From: Mobula birostris | Taxonomy: Eukaryota | DNA length: 64,000 nt | Assembly: GCF_030028105.1 (NCBI RefSeq) | Contig: NC_092372.1 | Span: forward strand, 155,998,058-156,062,057 | Direction of reading: 5' to 3' | Shown here: one piece after another, positions 51,565 through 64,000 of the stretch | Numbering within the stretch: position 1 is the stretch's first letter | How the letters are laid out: every line of letters begins with the position of its first letter | The notes under the pieces: generated by a model | Told to the model about the DNA's origin: nothing | The model's database searches: none | The model's input: the letters and a program-made list of their open reading frames with translations, nothing else | Translations under genes and position numbers: made by a program

Positions 51565-52685
51565 ACGTGGTGTGGTAGCTTAGTTACTGGAACAGTAGTG
51601 CTGAGATCTGGACTAAAGATCCAAAACCAGAGGTTTCAAGTTATCACTGTCACTGAGGAATTTAATTTTAATTAATTTATCGAACCTAAAATTTAAAATA
51701 ATTAGCCTATGATGACCATTAAAGTTAGAGTCATAGAGTAATACAGCAGGAAAGCTGGCCCTTCTGCCGACCATGCCAACTATGGTGCTGAAGAATTTCA
51801 GAGTTGTATACTTTGAGGATAAATGAACCTTTGAGCTTTTGGTCCCTTTTACCTGCATTTGACCCATATCTCTTCATTTCCCTTCTGTCCATGTACTAAC
51901 TTAAACAAATGTCTTTTAAAAATTGTCATTGCACCTGCCTCAACTACTTTCTCTGTCAGATCAATCTCATTCCGTGTATGCACCACTGCCTGCCCCTCAG
52001 GTCCCTTTTAAATCTTTAACCTCTCTCTTTAGACCTATGCCCCCCAGTTTTTAGTTCCCCTTCTCCATGACAAGCACATTGTGCACTTGCACACCTATAG
52101 CTCTCATGATTGTATACACCTCTATATAGTCACCACTCATTCTTTCACAGTCTAAGGAATAAAATCCAAGCCTGCCCAATTTTTCCTTGTAACTCATTCC
52201 CTCAAGCCCTGGCACCGTACTTGTTAACTTCTGAACTCTTCCCTGTTTAATGATGTCTTTCCTGTAATGAGGTGACCAAACCTGTACTTAATACTCCCAA
52301 GTGCAGTTTCACTAATGTCTTGTGCAACATAACATCCCAAGTCCTATACCCAGTGCACTGACTGATGAAGGCTAGTATGCCACATACCCTTTTGACCACA
52401 CGTCCACTTGTAAAGCCACTTTCTGCAACAACTATGTATATGTTCTCCTAAAAATCTGTTCCACATCACTTCCCAAGGCCCAGCCATTCACTGTATAAGT
52501 CCTACCATGGTTTGACCTCCTAAATGGAACACTTCACACTTACAAGTACTAGATTCTGTAAAAATTGACTTGGTTCACTCATGGCTTTTAGGTAAGGGAA
52601 TACACAATTTTTCACTTCCAAGGCTTATTTGTGGCACCGACTAGCAGAAATGTGATTGACTTTTACATGTCCTCTGAAATGCTAC
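51565..52685 (+). mobile_element. Old tRNA-derived SINE split by a minus-strand CR1 (~51725-52550)
   Basis: Head gtggtgtggtagc...gtttcaagtt..., breaks after tgaccattaaagt and resumes agattctgtaaaaa...ttggttcactcatggcttttaggtaagggaa...ctctgaaatg. Confidence 0.55.
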
Positions 52686-53970
52686 TTGTTAACTAACTAC
52701 TAAATGTTTTGACATCTGTGAACAAACTCCATTTGTTCCAACCTACTAAATCAAAATGTAATAATAGTCAATAGAATGACTCTCATGGTTTTAGAATTCA
52801 CAAATTACAGTGGGATTTAAATAGTCCAGCTAGCAATCGTTGGGAGAGAGTAAAGAAATTTCAGAAACAGCTGGAAGGATGAGTAACCATAATTGCAAGC
52901 GTAAGTATATCGAAAATAAATTTAAAAAATCAGAAATTTATATGAGTTGTGACACCAGATTTATCTGTTATTTTGGTGGACAGTGGGGATCAATATCTCC
53001 CATTAATGTTAATATAGAGTTATTTATCTTTTAAAAGATGATCAGTCAACATCCCAATGAAATCTCTTGGGCATTTTCTCAATAGCTACCACATCCTTGC
53101 TGCTCCAAATGTGGTCTCACTAAAATTTGTTACAGCTGTCACATATATACTCAAACATTTCCATGACTAATGATGGAAAGCATGCCATAAAACTTCCACA
53201 TCACCCCATCCACTTGTTTTGCCAGTTGTGTTTCACTTTGTTGAATAATTTGCTTTTCCTCTTTCATTTCAAAATGGAAAACTTCATATTTTCCCACAAT
53301 ATGTTCCATTTGCCAATTTCTTCCCATTCACCCATCCATATCCATCCATATTCCTTTGCAACTTCCTTGTATCCTCTCCCATGCTGCCAACCTAACTACA
53401 TTTATACCATCAACAAATGAGACTACAATGACCCACTCTGTTTATCTGACTTGTTAATAAAAATATATAAGTAAGCGAGGCTGCAGGGCTGAACCCCAAG
53501 ACACCCAACTAACTGATGCAGATATAAAATATAATAAGGATGTCACGTTGGGAGATTAAAAGTTGTCTCAACCACATTCAAATAAATAAAGGTCTGTTTG
53601 TAAGCAGAGACACAGTCTAATTGTTAATAGAGCTGTTTAGGGTTTAAACTTTGAAAAAATATTTTGAAGCATTGTAAAACTTTGAAGACTTTTTAAATTA
53701 TTTAAACATATTTAAATGTGATCAAACACTTAACAAGCTTTTAAAGAGATCTTAAAAAAGATACAGAGATAGAAAAACTATTAACAAATTCATTAAATCT
53801 GTAACACTCTTCCAGTAAAATCTTAGCCTTCTGTAGGAATGCATTCTTTCAGACATTTCTGACATGATTCCAAATCTCCGGGTGTGTTACTGGATGATTA
53901 GTACGTGGTCACTCAAGTATGTAGTCTTGTTACTAACTAGGTTTTACTTCTGTAACTTCACTTTTTGCAG

Positions 53971-54173
53971 ATGGCGACTAATGTGCAGCCAGAATTTCCA
54001 GTGTCAGTTGCAGATATGTACAAAGGATGGCAGGAGGTCTTCAGAGCATGTGACTCCCTCAACACATTTAAAACAGAGTTCTCTGAGGATCTCGTAACAA
54101 ATATGACGATGACTTACAAATTTTGGGAAAACCTTGAACCTAACACTTTTCAGCAGCATCTCTTGTGGAACTT
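53971..54173 (+). CDS. ABCA13: ABCA13-like exon
   Basis: ctttttgcAG / TT|GTAAGT; 203 nt, phase 0->2; MATNVQPEFPVSVADMYKGWQEVFRACDSL...FQQHLLWN (WQE also in recalled human YLDWQELE). Confidence 0.85.
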
Positions 54174-54789
54174 GTAAGTATAGTTCAGGCATCCTGGAGT
54201 TTAATTTTTATTTTTCATGTCTTACACAGTAGTTCCTTTAGTAAACAGTTTTACTAGTCTTTCAGTAGGGTTAACAAAGGAGATTGGTGGACCACTCCCC
54301 TCCTTCCATTTTCCATATCCTCTGCTCTTTTGGTGTTGCTCATTGCAAAATTCATCCAGATTAATTAATAATTTCCTTGCTCACCCCACCTATTATTCCC
54401 CACTCCCTTATCCTTTCTCTGAGGCTATTGGTTATCTGAAGTACCATACATTTTCATGGGTTCCCATCACTTTCAATTACCTCACATAAGTAGCTGCCTT
54501 CCATGCTTGAGCCCAGATTATCCATCTCACTCAATACAGAGGAGTCTTCTCCTTCAGTTTATCACTATATGTTTGGATTCACCATACAGATTGCTGAAAA
54601 ATAATCTGGTTTTCTTTACGTAATGGAGTGCTGTTCTACTGTCATGTAATAGCTGCAATTAGATATGTCAGGCAAACCTCGGGCTCATCTGCTCCTTGGA
54701 TACACTAACAATCATCTATGCACAATTTAAGAAGTGAGACTGAAGTGTGACAATTTCCCCAAGTCTCTAAAAATATTGAATATTGTAAT

Positions 54790-55877
54790 TTTAAATTGAG
54801 TTTTTGAGGAGGTGATTGATTCATGAGGTAAAGGCAGTGGATGTTTTGTGTGTGGACTTTAGTAACGCTTTCAACAAGGTCTGTCAGTATGTTGCAGATC
54901 CAGGATATTAAGGTCCATGGGCTCAATGGACACTTAGTAAACTGGATCAAATTTGGCCTGGATGTGGATGACAAAGGATAGTAGTGACTGGGCTTTATTC
55001 TGCTTGGAGTTATGTGGCTGGTGGTGCTCTGCAAGTATCAGTGCCAGGACCTTTGTTATTTGTCATATCTGTGAATGATTTAGACGAAAATGTGGGTGGG
55101 TTGATTGGTAAGTTTGCAGCTGACACAGACATTGGCAGTTCTGTTAGTGAGGAAAGTTGTCAAAGGATACTGTAGGATACAGATCAGTTGGAAATATGGG
55201 TGAAGAAATGGAACATGGAAATTCACTGGGACAAGTTTGAGATGGTGCACTTTGGGAAGTTAAATGTAAGTGGAAAATGTATGTACATTTACCAGGAAGA
55301 CACTAAGTGACATTGTTATACAGAGGAATGCAAGTCCATAGCTCCCTGAAAGTGGTGACACAAGTGAACGGAGTGCTAAGGAAGGCATTTAGCATACTTG
55401 CCTTCATTGCTCAGAGTGCTAAGTACAGAAGGTTTGAAGCCATGTTGCAGCTGTATAAAACTTAGGTCAGGCTATGTTTGTGTGCAGTTCTGGTTCCCAC
55501 ACCTTGGGAAGATTGTGTAAATTTTGGGGAGGATGCAGAATTGGTTCATTAGGATTAGAGAGTTGAGCTATAAGGAGAGGTTGGACAAACTTGGATTACT
55601 TTCTCTGGAGTGGTGGAGACTGAGGGTGACCTAATAGAGTTATGTAAAACTGTAAGAGTCATTCATTGGGTCCAAGTCTTTTTCCCAGGAAATACCACAT
55701 TCCAGCGGGCACAGCTTTAAGGTGAAGGAGGTGGACTGGGGTGGGGGGAGGGTATACTTAAAGGAGATTTACATGGCAAATTTTTTTTAAAAACACAGAG
55801 AGTGGTGGATGCCTGGAATGCACTGCCAAGGGAAGTGATGGAACCAGCTATGTTTGAGGAATTTAGACAGACAGACA

Positions 55878-55944
<67 letters not shown>

Positions 55945-56060
55945 AGGCAGAGAATGGGGGATATAGATTAACATATGTGCAGTTTAAATTGGCATCATAG
56001 TGGGCACAGACATAGTGTGCCAAAGGGCCTGTCCCGATGTTGTACTGTTGCACGCTTATA
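54790..56060 (+). mobile_element. Old CR1-type LINE
   Basis: VPGPLLFVISVNDLDENVGGLIGKFAADT; 3' end cacagagagtggtggatgcctggaatgcactgcc and UTR. Confidence 0.8.
55866..55941. repeat. (GACA)4(CA)~30 microsatellite
   Basis: Direct reading; embedded in the CR1 3' end. Confidence 0.97.
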
Positions 56061-56752
56061 TTCTGTATTGGAAATGTACCCAATAAAGGAAAATCCTCAC
56101 AAGGGAACATGTCTACATGCTATGTTGGCAGAGGAAGCTTGGTGTCTTTGTGGGCTGTCCACCTCAATTCTCACTGATTTGGTTTGATGCAACTAACTTG
56201 TCACATGTACAGTACATCAAATTATACAAGTAAAAATTAAGCTGGCACAGTCTAATATATTTCCTGTTGGTCACCCAAGTGCGGCATCAGAAAGTGCTGC
56301 ATTGCAATCCTCTGAATTGTAAAAGGTATGAAGCTTGTAAAGGCGGACATGGAAGAAACAAAACTAAATGAATGTTTATTGATTCAATTCTTACAACTGC
56401 TGAGATTTTCTGCATTAATATATTACATTTAGATGTAGTGTGTAAAATATAACTAATGTCTTTACTGTCAATTTAATTGGGATTCCCTTCATGCAGTTAC
56501 TATTTGCAGTCAGACCAAATATCTTATAGAAAGGCCATTTCATCTGCATCGTCTTAGTCATTTTGTCACTGAACAAGATTTGTCCATGTGTCAGTGTGGA
56601 ATACACTTCAGCTTCAGTTGACCCTGGAAGCTGAGCACTAACCATCAGTGTCGACAATGGCTGACCTAACTATTATTATCTAGGGTTACTGAAGAAGAAG
56701 TAATTCCAGTTTTTATTTCTCTGACCTTTAATGCTGATATAATTTTTTCCAG

Positions 56753-56880
56753 GGCCTTTGACATATTTGATGCACAGGGGTCTGCGTTGGAGAGAAGTGA
56801 ATACTGGCCAGGCATAAAGAAGTATGTTAGTGGAATTTGCTGGGTTATAGAAAGCTCAAACCAACCACTTATAGGAAATG
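56753..56880 (+). CDS. ABCA13: ABCA13-like exon
   Basis: ttttttccAG / G|GTAAGT; 128 nt, phase 2->1; (L)AFDIFDAQGSALERSEYWPGIKKYVSGICWVIESSNQPLIGN vs recalled human LEQAYYWKAFKKFIRKTCEV. Confidence 0.9.
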
Positions 56881-56927
56881 GTAAGTAAACCGGAAACATT
56901 AAACATTTGAGAGTCACTTTTAGCTTA

Positions 56928-57253
56928 CTGTGGGCATGTGGCCAAGTGGTTAAGGCATTCAACTAGCGATCTGAAGGTCGTGAGTTCGAGCCCCAGCCGA
57001 GGCAACATGTTGTGTCTTTGAGCAAGACACTTAATCACACAGTGATCTGCAACGACACTGGTGCCAAGCTGTATGGGTCCTAATGCCCTTCCCTTAGACA
57101 ACATCAGTGTCGTGGAGAGGGGAGACTTGCAGCATGGACAACTGCCTATCTTCCATACAACCTTGCCCAGGCCTGCGCCCTGGAGAGTGAAGACTTTCCA
57201 GGCGCAGATCCATGGTCTCGCAAGACTAACGGATTCCTTTATTTATTTATTTA
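56928..57253 (+). mobile_element. Full-length tRNA-derived SINE with 9-bp TSD
   Basis: TSD TTTAGCTTA (56919-56927, 57254-57262); A box TGGCCAAGTGG 56939-56949, B box GTTCGAGCC 56984-56992; CORE-like tgtgtctttgagcaagacacttaa; (TTTA)n tail. Confidence 0.9.
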
Positions 57254-59451
57254 TTTAGCTTATAAGTTTTAGTAATATTTCAGACATAAGGAGGTGAAGT
57301 TTGTAAGGGCAGATGAGAGAAAGATGCGATAAACTAAAAATGATTATCATCCCTTTAGATTACAGTTAAAAAAATATTCATGGCTTTTAAGAATTAGACT
57401 TTATTTAACAACCTGTACACATTTACTCAATTCCAGTTTGAATTAAATTAAGAAAGATGACATATTTAATATATAAAGAGATTAAGTGTATGCCTCAGCA
57501 GTAGTACCTATTAGGAAAAAGTGTTAATGCATAATGTATGATCATTAGGAACAAAATGAAGATTAAGTTTTGCAGGCAGTTAGAGAATGATGCATGAAGA
57601 GAAAATTATTTTGCAATGATATAAATATGGCTGAATTAATTTATTCACACAAATAGCCAGAAACAAATTGGTGGAAAATCCATTTGCCCCTGTTGTGCAC
57701 ATATTTTATATTGTTTGTGCCTTTTCTGGTCAAGGTCCCACTCTTGTAAATTTGGATTTGCCATTTCTTGACAGAATTCACTAAATGCTGGTGACATTCC
57801 CCTATATTTACACCTATATAGGTATTTTATACCTGTAATGATGCCATCAATATTTATGCTGTGTGGCTGAATAATTGACAGGAGTTGGATCAAAAAGGCT
57901 TCCGTTGTCAACTCATTGTTAAACAGGGAGCACATGATTCAAAAAGTCAGATCTAATATATAAATTAAAGTTCCCTGCTGATGCATGTTTTTCATTTTCA
58001 CTGACTCCCCAACATCAATCATATGTAGCTGCATTTTGCTGTAAAAAGCCTGAACAGAACACCCCATTGACAGGACTTAGCATTAGCTTGCATTCTTTGA
58101 CCATCTCCCTCCCCCATCTTTACTCTTCACCCTCATCTGTCCTTAAACCATTATATTTTACCTTTCTGTCTATTTTCTGTCTTCTCTTGCCCCTTTCCTC
58201 ATCTCCCTGGCAACCAGTGGAGCTGGTACAGAGATATCACTCTAATAATGTTGACCAGCTTACCAATGGGAAGCACATAAATGGAATGGCTCCTGTGAGC
58301 AGCCGGTAGCTGTGAACATGCAAGTCACTTCAAATTTTACTTAAATGGGAGGAAACCACCAAGGTGATTTCTTAAAGTAAGGATGCCAGAATTTAATAGA
58401 TATTTGGTTGCAGGCCATTTTGCATCATGGAAAAATAAAGTGCCTATTTAATACACCATCAACAGGTAAAATCTGTTTTCTGGATATGTTTGCTAGCACT
58501 GTTCAATCAGTCTGTAGTTCTTTCTCTGAAATAAATTGTAGGCAAAACCATCACCAAGTGGGGCCTTTACTGAAAGAGTTTTTTACACATTTTCAGATAT
58601 AAATAATATGAATGGTATATCCAATCATGTATATGCATAATTTATAAGATTTATAGATCCATAACAAATCAAATTAGGTACTGAAAGACGAAGGGAAAAG
58701 TAACATTGGATTTTGAGGATAAAAATGAGAAAGTAATAATAAGGAAAGTGTATTAAAATTGGAAAACTGAATTGTAAAATTAATAAAAAGGAGTTATCAC
58801 ATTCGTGAATGAGATTCACCAGTTCAGGTTGATCGTTGGAGATACAAAGACTGCAGGTGCTGACTCTGGAGCAAAAACCAAACTAGAGGAACTCCATGGG
58901 TTGAGTAACATCTGTGGAGGTGATAGATGTCATTTCATGTCAACACTCTGCACCAGGACAAAGTGCACAGAGGGAATGTAGTGAGTATAATGGGATGAGA
59001 GGGAGAAGTGTGGCAGGAACTAGCAAGTGAACCATGATATATGTGTACCATATCTGAAATACATCTTATGGAAAGTTTTGTTTGATGATGAACTTCAATA
59101 AAAAATAAATCACAAAAAAAAAGAAAGTCTGAATAATAGTTGTTTTTGTTAACTTTCAGCTTCATGATATTAGGAAGTTTTTGTTGCCCAATAAATTAGA
59201 TTCAAATAAGATTTGATCCATATCCAGTGTTTCCCCACCAAAACATAGATCCACGTTTACAAATAAATTGGCCTTTAGCCACATAGAGACTCTAGAGTAA
59301 AAGAGGTTAAAGCGGACATAGCAGCTTACGTTGGTGTTAATGTAAAGAAAGAGCTCTGAGTCATTTAACCGAATTTGATACTTTTTTGTAAACAATATCT
59401 TATTCCGTTTTCAAAAATGTTATTTCTTGTTCTCTGCTGTTAATTTTTTAG

Positions 59452-59554
59452 GATCAATGTGTGACAAGGGGAAAATCGACTGGAAATATCTGTTTAATGA
59501 GACTCTGATATTTATACAGAATGTTCAGAATAATAATGATACATGGAAGGAGTG
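59452..59554 (+). CDS. ABCA13: ABCA13-like exon, last in window (approx. human exon 16)
   Basis: ttttttAG / TG|GTAAGT; 103 nt, phase 1->2; (G)SMCDKGKIDWKYLFNETLIFIQNVQNNNDTWKE vs recalled human PCFEENMDWKMISDNYFQFLNNL. Confidence 0.88.
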
Positions 59555-60149
59555 GTAAGTTACAGCACTGTGACTGATGCCTTTGTAGCAAAGAGTCGTA
59601 CAGCACGGAATCAGGCCCTTTGGCCTAAATGCTGTGTGCTAGCCAAGATGCTCATCTAAGTACATCACACTGTCTTTGTCACCATCTGACTGCCCCACTA
59701 ATCCATGCCCACAGCATCTTCAGGCTCAACCTATTGTAATACTCCTTTTGTCCTACCCTTCCCCTCTTACCCACCTTCTTTACAACTTCAACACAACATT
59801 TTTTGTCTCTCTTTGACCTGAACCTTTACACTTACTCCACTTGCTGTCTGGCCTGCTGAGCATCTCTGCTATTTGCTGATTTTGTTTCAGATTTCCAGTA
59901 TCTACACTTTCTTTTCGATGTTTCAACCTTGAAACATCTATTGCTTTTTTGTTTTCTCCTCTGATGTTGTTGTCCTGGTCTGCCTGCCCTGATTTCTCTT
60001 TCTCCAGTCTTTCCTGAAAATAAGTTAAAATTTGTAAGGTCTTCTGGAGTATAGAGAAATTTTAGAAGATCCTCTCCAACGAATGCATTGGATCATAGAA
60101 AGTTTATGATATTATGTGTAAGTTCTGATGCTGTAGGAATAACATCAGA

Positions 60150-63100
60150 GGGTAGAGGATTGGAAAACTCTATTCAAGAAAATTCAAGATAGGATGGAAT
60201 ATAAAGACATGGTGCTATACTCCAAACATCGAGCAACTATTGTCAAGAAAATGTAAAATTCCATTATTAATGGAATCATGGAAGTAGAAAATCATGAGGA
60301 AGCAGTATCAACATAGTTTTGTGAAAAAGGAAATTGTCATTGACTGATATGGAATTCTTTCGGGATGTAGCCAGTTGCTCATGGAAATGCCATATTGGCA
60401 TGGTTGGAGAATTAATTAGTTGACAGAGAGACAAAGTAAATGGGTATTTTTAGTTTAGAAAGCTACAACAAGTTGTGTGTGTCAGGATTAACTCCTGAGC
60501 TGTCAGTTATTTGCAATTTCTATTAAGAATTTAGAAGAATGTATTATACTGTAATTAATGATACAACAAAAGGTAGTAGGTGTAAAATGAACTTACCAAG
60601 GTATATTGACCAACTAAATGAGGACGCAAAAAAATGGCAAATAGAGTATAATGTAGAGAATGTTGTTTTGGTATTTATTTACTTATTGAGATACAGCATG
60701 GAATCGGCCCTTTGAGCTGCACCACCCAGCAATCTCCTGATTTAATCCTAGGCTAATCATGGGACAACTTACAATAACCAATTAACTTACCAACTGGTAC
60801 GTCTTTGGACTGTGGGAGGAGACTATAGCACCTGGAGGAAACTCAGGCAGTCACGGGGAGAACGTCCAAAGTTCTTCCAGTCAGTAGAAGGGTCGCCTTT
60901 GTTGTTAAGCATTGTGCTAACCGCTACACCACTGTGCTGCCGTGTTGAAGGATAGAAAAGAAAGAGAGAACTTAAGAAAGAAATTAGGAGGGAAAACTGG
61001 GGCCATAAAAGAAATTTAACTATTAGAGTTGGCAAGACAGAAGGATAGAGTTATGAAGTAGACATTTGATACACTTGTCTTCATAGCATTGAGTCTAAGA
61101 ATTGGGACCTCATGTTGCAGAAGAACAAAACATTGTTGTATTGCATTTGGAGCCCTGTGCAAGTTTTAGTCACCGTACTATGGGAGGGAAGTGGTAGCAT
61201 TAGAGAGAGTGCAAAAGAGTTTCACCTGGATGATGAGTTAATCTCACTGGAAAGTAGGAGGCTTATGGGTGACCTTATAGAGGTTTATATAATTATGAGA
61301 GTCATAGGTAGGATAGATAGAGTGAGAAGCCTAAAACTAGCAGCCAAAGTGAGAGATAAGAAGTTTTAAAGAGATCTGAGGGTAAGTTTTTTAAATAGAG
61401 GGTGATGATTATCTGGAATGAACTGGCAGAGTAGGTAGTAGGTGGTAGAGGTAGATGATATTACAATGTATAAAAAGGAACTTGAATGATTATTTGTACA
61501 GAAAAGGCAGAGGGAGCCAATATAATGCAAATGAATGGGATTAGCATAGATAGCATCAACAGCAGCATCATGGGCTGAAAAGATCCACTTCATTGCTGGA
61601 TGATGCTATAATTCTATAAATGATTCTAAACTAATCTTTAGATGAAGTGAGACTTTTGAATTCTGTAGTTGTGTGAGATCTTGAGGTCCTTGTATGAGAA
61701 ACAGAATGACAGCATACAGGAACAGCATGTAATGAGAAAGGCCAGCAAAATCGTGAACAGTCAATGCTGTAAACACTCAGCAGGTAAATAGATTGTTGGC
61801 CATTAATACACAACAGCTGGAGTACAACAGTAGGGGACCCTTCCTACATCTCTACAGGGGTTTGGGACACATGTGGAATGTACATGCCATAGGATTTTGG
61901 TCACACATAAAGGAAAGATTCATGAGATAAAGGAGATGTTTATGAGAAGGATTCAGTTTGATCTTTTTGAAGTTCAGCAGAATGAGAGGTGATTATGTTA
62001 AAGCATACGTTTCTTAATGTGGCAGGTTCTGGGAAGATATTTCCCTTTGTGGAGTAATCTGGAACAGGGTGAAATGGACTCATGATAAAGGGACAGCTGG
62101 TTACAAGCACTGAAAATCTTTGGATTCTCCAGCCAGATAGCTGTGATACTGAATCAATAAACAAATTCAAGGGTGAAAATACAGTAGATGATAGATTTCT
62201 GGAGTATAGAGGAATCAACAGTCACAGGGATCAGGTAGGAAGGTGATGTCTTACGTTAGTCTGTGACGTGGTTCCTTTACACAGAGAGAGAGAGAGAGAG
62301 AGAGCAGTATTTATAATAATGTGGAATAAGGAAATGACAAAGGAATGATTAATTTATATTATAAAAAGACTAAAAATCAGAGAACTAAGAACATAGTGAG
62401 AATGAGGAACTGAAGGAGGTAAGTATTAGTGATTTAAAAAATGTAGATGTTGAGACTAAAAGCTGATAAATCCCAAGAACCCAATGATCATAATTCAGGA
62501 CTTTTGACACTGCTGGCTGGAGAGTTAGTAAAGTTCTGGTTATGACCTTCCAAAATTCTGTGTATTTTTGTATTTGTTTCAATGAATTGGTGAATAGCAA
62601 ATGTGACCCACTATTTAAAAGAATGCTGAGGGATCAGAGAACACCAGATCAGTTATTCTAATATAAGTGGTGGTGAAGCTGCCAAAGTCTATGCTGGAAA
62701 ATGTACTAACAGAATATTTTGGAAAGAAAAATAGGATTGGGCAGTATAAAAGGAAAATCCTTTTTGAACAATTTACTGAAGCTTTGAGAATGTGAATTAT
62801 AGGGAGAATAAGTTAGGTGTGGAGAATTTGGATAATATCTCAAGAAGAAGGTTTGTGGCTGGAGTACTTAGACCTGAGGGTAATAAATTGATATGGATTG
62901 AGAATTGCTCATTGGTTAGAAAGCAAAGGTTCATATCCCAAGCTAAGATTGCTGGCTACCAGAGGGATTTGTTCTTGGGCTTCAGCTCTTCGTAATTATA
63001 TTAAATAGTGAGCAATTGGGTAATAATGATGTTCAGAGGGACCTGGATGTACTTGTACACAAGGTGATCCATCAGAAAGGAGTTGGGTACAGGAATAAAG

Positions 63101-63240
63101 GTATCTTGCTGCAATGACACATGACTTTGGTGAAGATTATGGACCAAGTTCCGGTAAAAGGGATTTAGTATAGATGAATATTGATTGATAGGGTGGGCCA
63201 AAAGTGCCTGTTCCTGCGCTGTACTAGTTTATGATTCAAA
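60150..63240 (+). mobile_element. Cluster of heavily decayed CR1 fragments, with a minus-strand V-SINE-like SINE at ~60690-60945
   Basis: Degenerate RT pieces (LESRRLMGDLIEVYIIMR); reverse V-domain gtctttggactgtgggagg...cacggggagaacgt. Confidence 0.65.
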
Positions 63241-63759
63241 GTTTATGAATGAACTTTATGCTTTTACACTTAAATTTCCCAATTATTTTTATCACTTTAT
63301 TTGTTTAAAAAGTTAATTAAAACATGCTTCATAGGCGTCTGCTTGTGAAAATTCCTTTAATTGGATGTTGTTGAGCCATCTTGATGTCATCAAGCTCAAG
63401 TTAACGAGGGATCCCACTGAAATGATGTACGTCAGTTATAGGAATCTGGACAGGGCAATACTCAGCTTAAGTTTTGTGACATTGTAGCATTGTTAGGAAA
63501 ATGCTGTTGTTGTTTTGTCATTGTCTCTGGAGAATCAGGGAGCACTGTGGCCTAAAATATACTGTTTAACATCAGTATTGTCAATGCACTGTAGTTACAG
63601 TGATAGATTTATATTTGAATTACTTCAAAGACTGATGACAGACTAATTAGGTAACTGTGATTTGGGTAAGGTGACCTGAATACATAGAGCAAATAAGAGT
63701 AAGTTTAACATCCATGTTTATAGCTGTGAATGCCCAGTACCTTCCATAGAAAGCGATGG

Positions 63760-64000
63760 ATTCAAAGTACAAAGTAAATTTATTATCGAAGTACATATAT
63801 GTCATCATATACAACTCTGAGATTTATTTTCTTGTAGACATTCTCAATAAATCAGTAATAGAATAATAACTATAATAGAAACAGTGAAAGATCACACCAA
63901 TATTTGCATTCAACCAGTATTGCAAAAGTCAACAAACTGTGCAAATACACAAAGAAAGAAATAATAATAAATAAATTGCAATACATATCGAGAACATGAG
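63760..64000 (-). mobile_element. Rex1/Babar LINE 3' tail running off the window
   Basis: caaagtacaaagtaaatttattatcgaagtacatatatgtcatcatatacaac matches the reverse complement of the tail at ~20890-20950. Confidence 0.75.

Noticed and set aside
51779-51792. Second RE1 site (TTCAGCACCATAG on minus)
   Set aside because: Left half-site only; no GGACAG half.
56932-57000. Functional tRNA genes here and at ~26531-26600
   Set aside because: A/B boxes continue into SINE bodies with tails and flanking duplications; no convincing cloverleaf.
1057-59554. ABCA12 or ABCA1 identity
   Set aside because: Motifs such as LPQWP.LK and C....DWK match my recollection of ABCA13, not those paralogs; still needs BLAST.
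59555-64000. Further ABCA13 exons
   Set aside because: Mostly decayed CR1 sequence; I found no convincing phase-2 exon or long ORF, so the next exon is probably beyond the window.

Overview
Eukaryotic genomic DNA from a cartilaginous fish, probably a ray (inferred from the repeat families). The window lies inside one large + strand gene. I could assemble 13 internal coding exons (1057-59554; 1740 nt, about 580 codons), all with AG/GT splice sites and chained phases that give one open frame. The translation matches my recollection of the N-terminal extracellular domain of ABCA13 (roughly human exons 4-16) and has 13 N-glycosylation sequons. The gene's start and end lie outside the window. Introns are filled with transposable elements: many CR1/HER1-type and Rex1/Babar LINE fragments (one near-full-length Rex nested in a CR1), tRNA-derived SINEs with target-site duplications (TSDs), Tc1/mariner derivatives, a 752-bp PIF/Harbinger deletion derivative, and a complete but dead 3.46-kb hAT transposon. 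The hAT carries a near-consensus REST/NRSF RE1 site in a CpG-retaining patch. I found no novel protein-coding system; nearly all long ORFs in the track are TE relics or spurious. Exon, TIR and TSD coordinates were read exactly; other TE boundaries are approximate, and family names come from motif recognition, not database searches.
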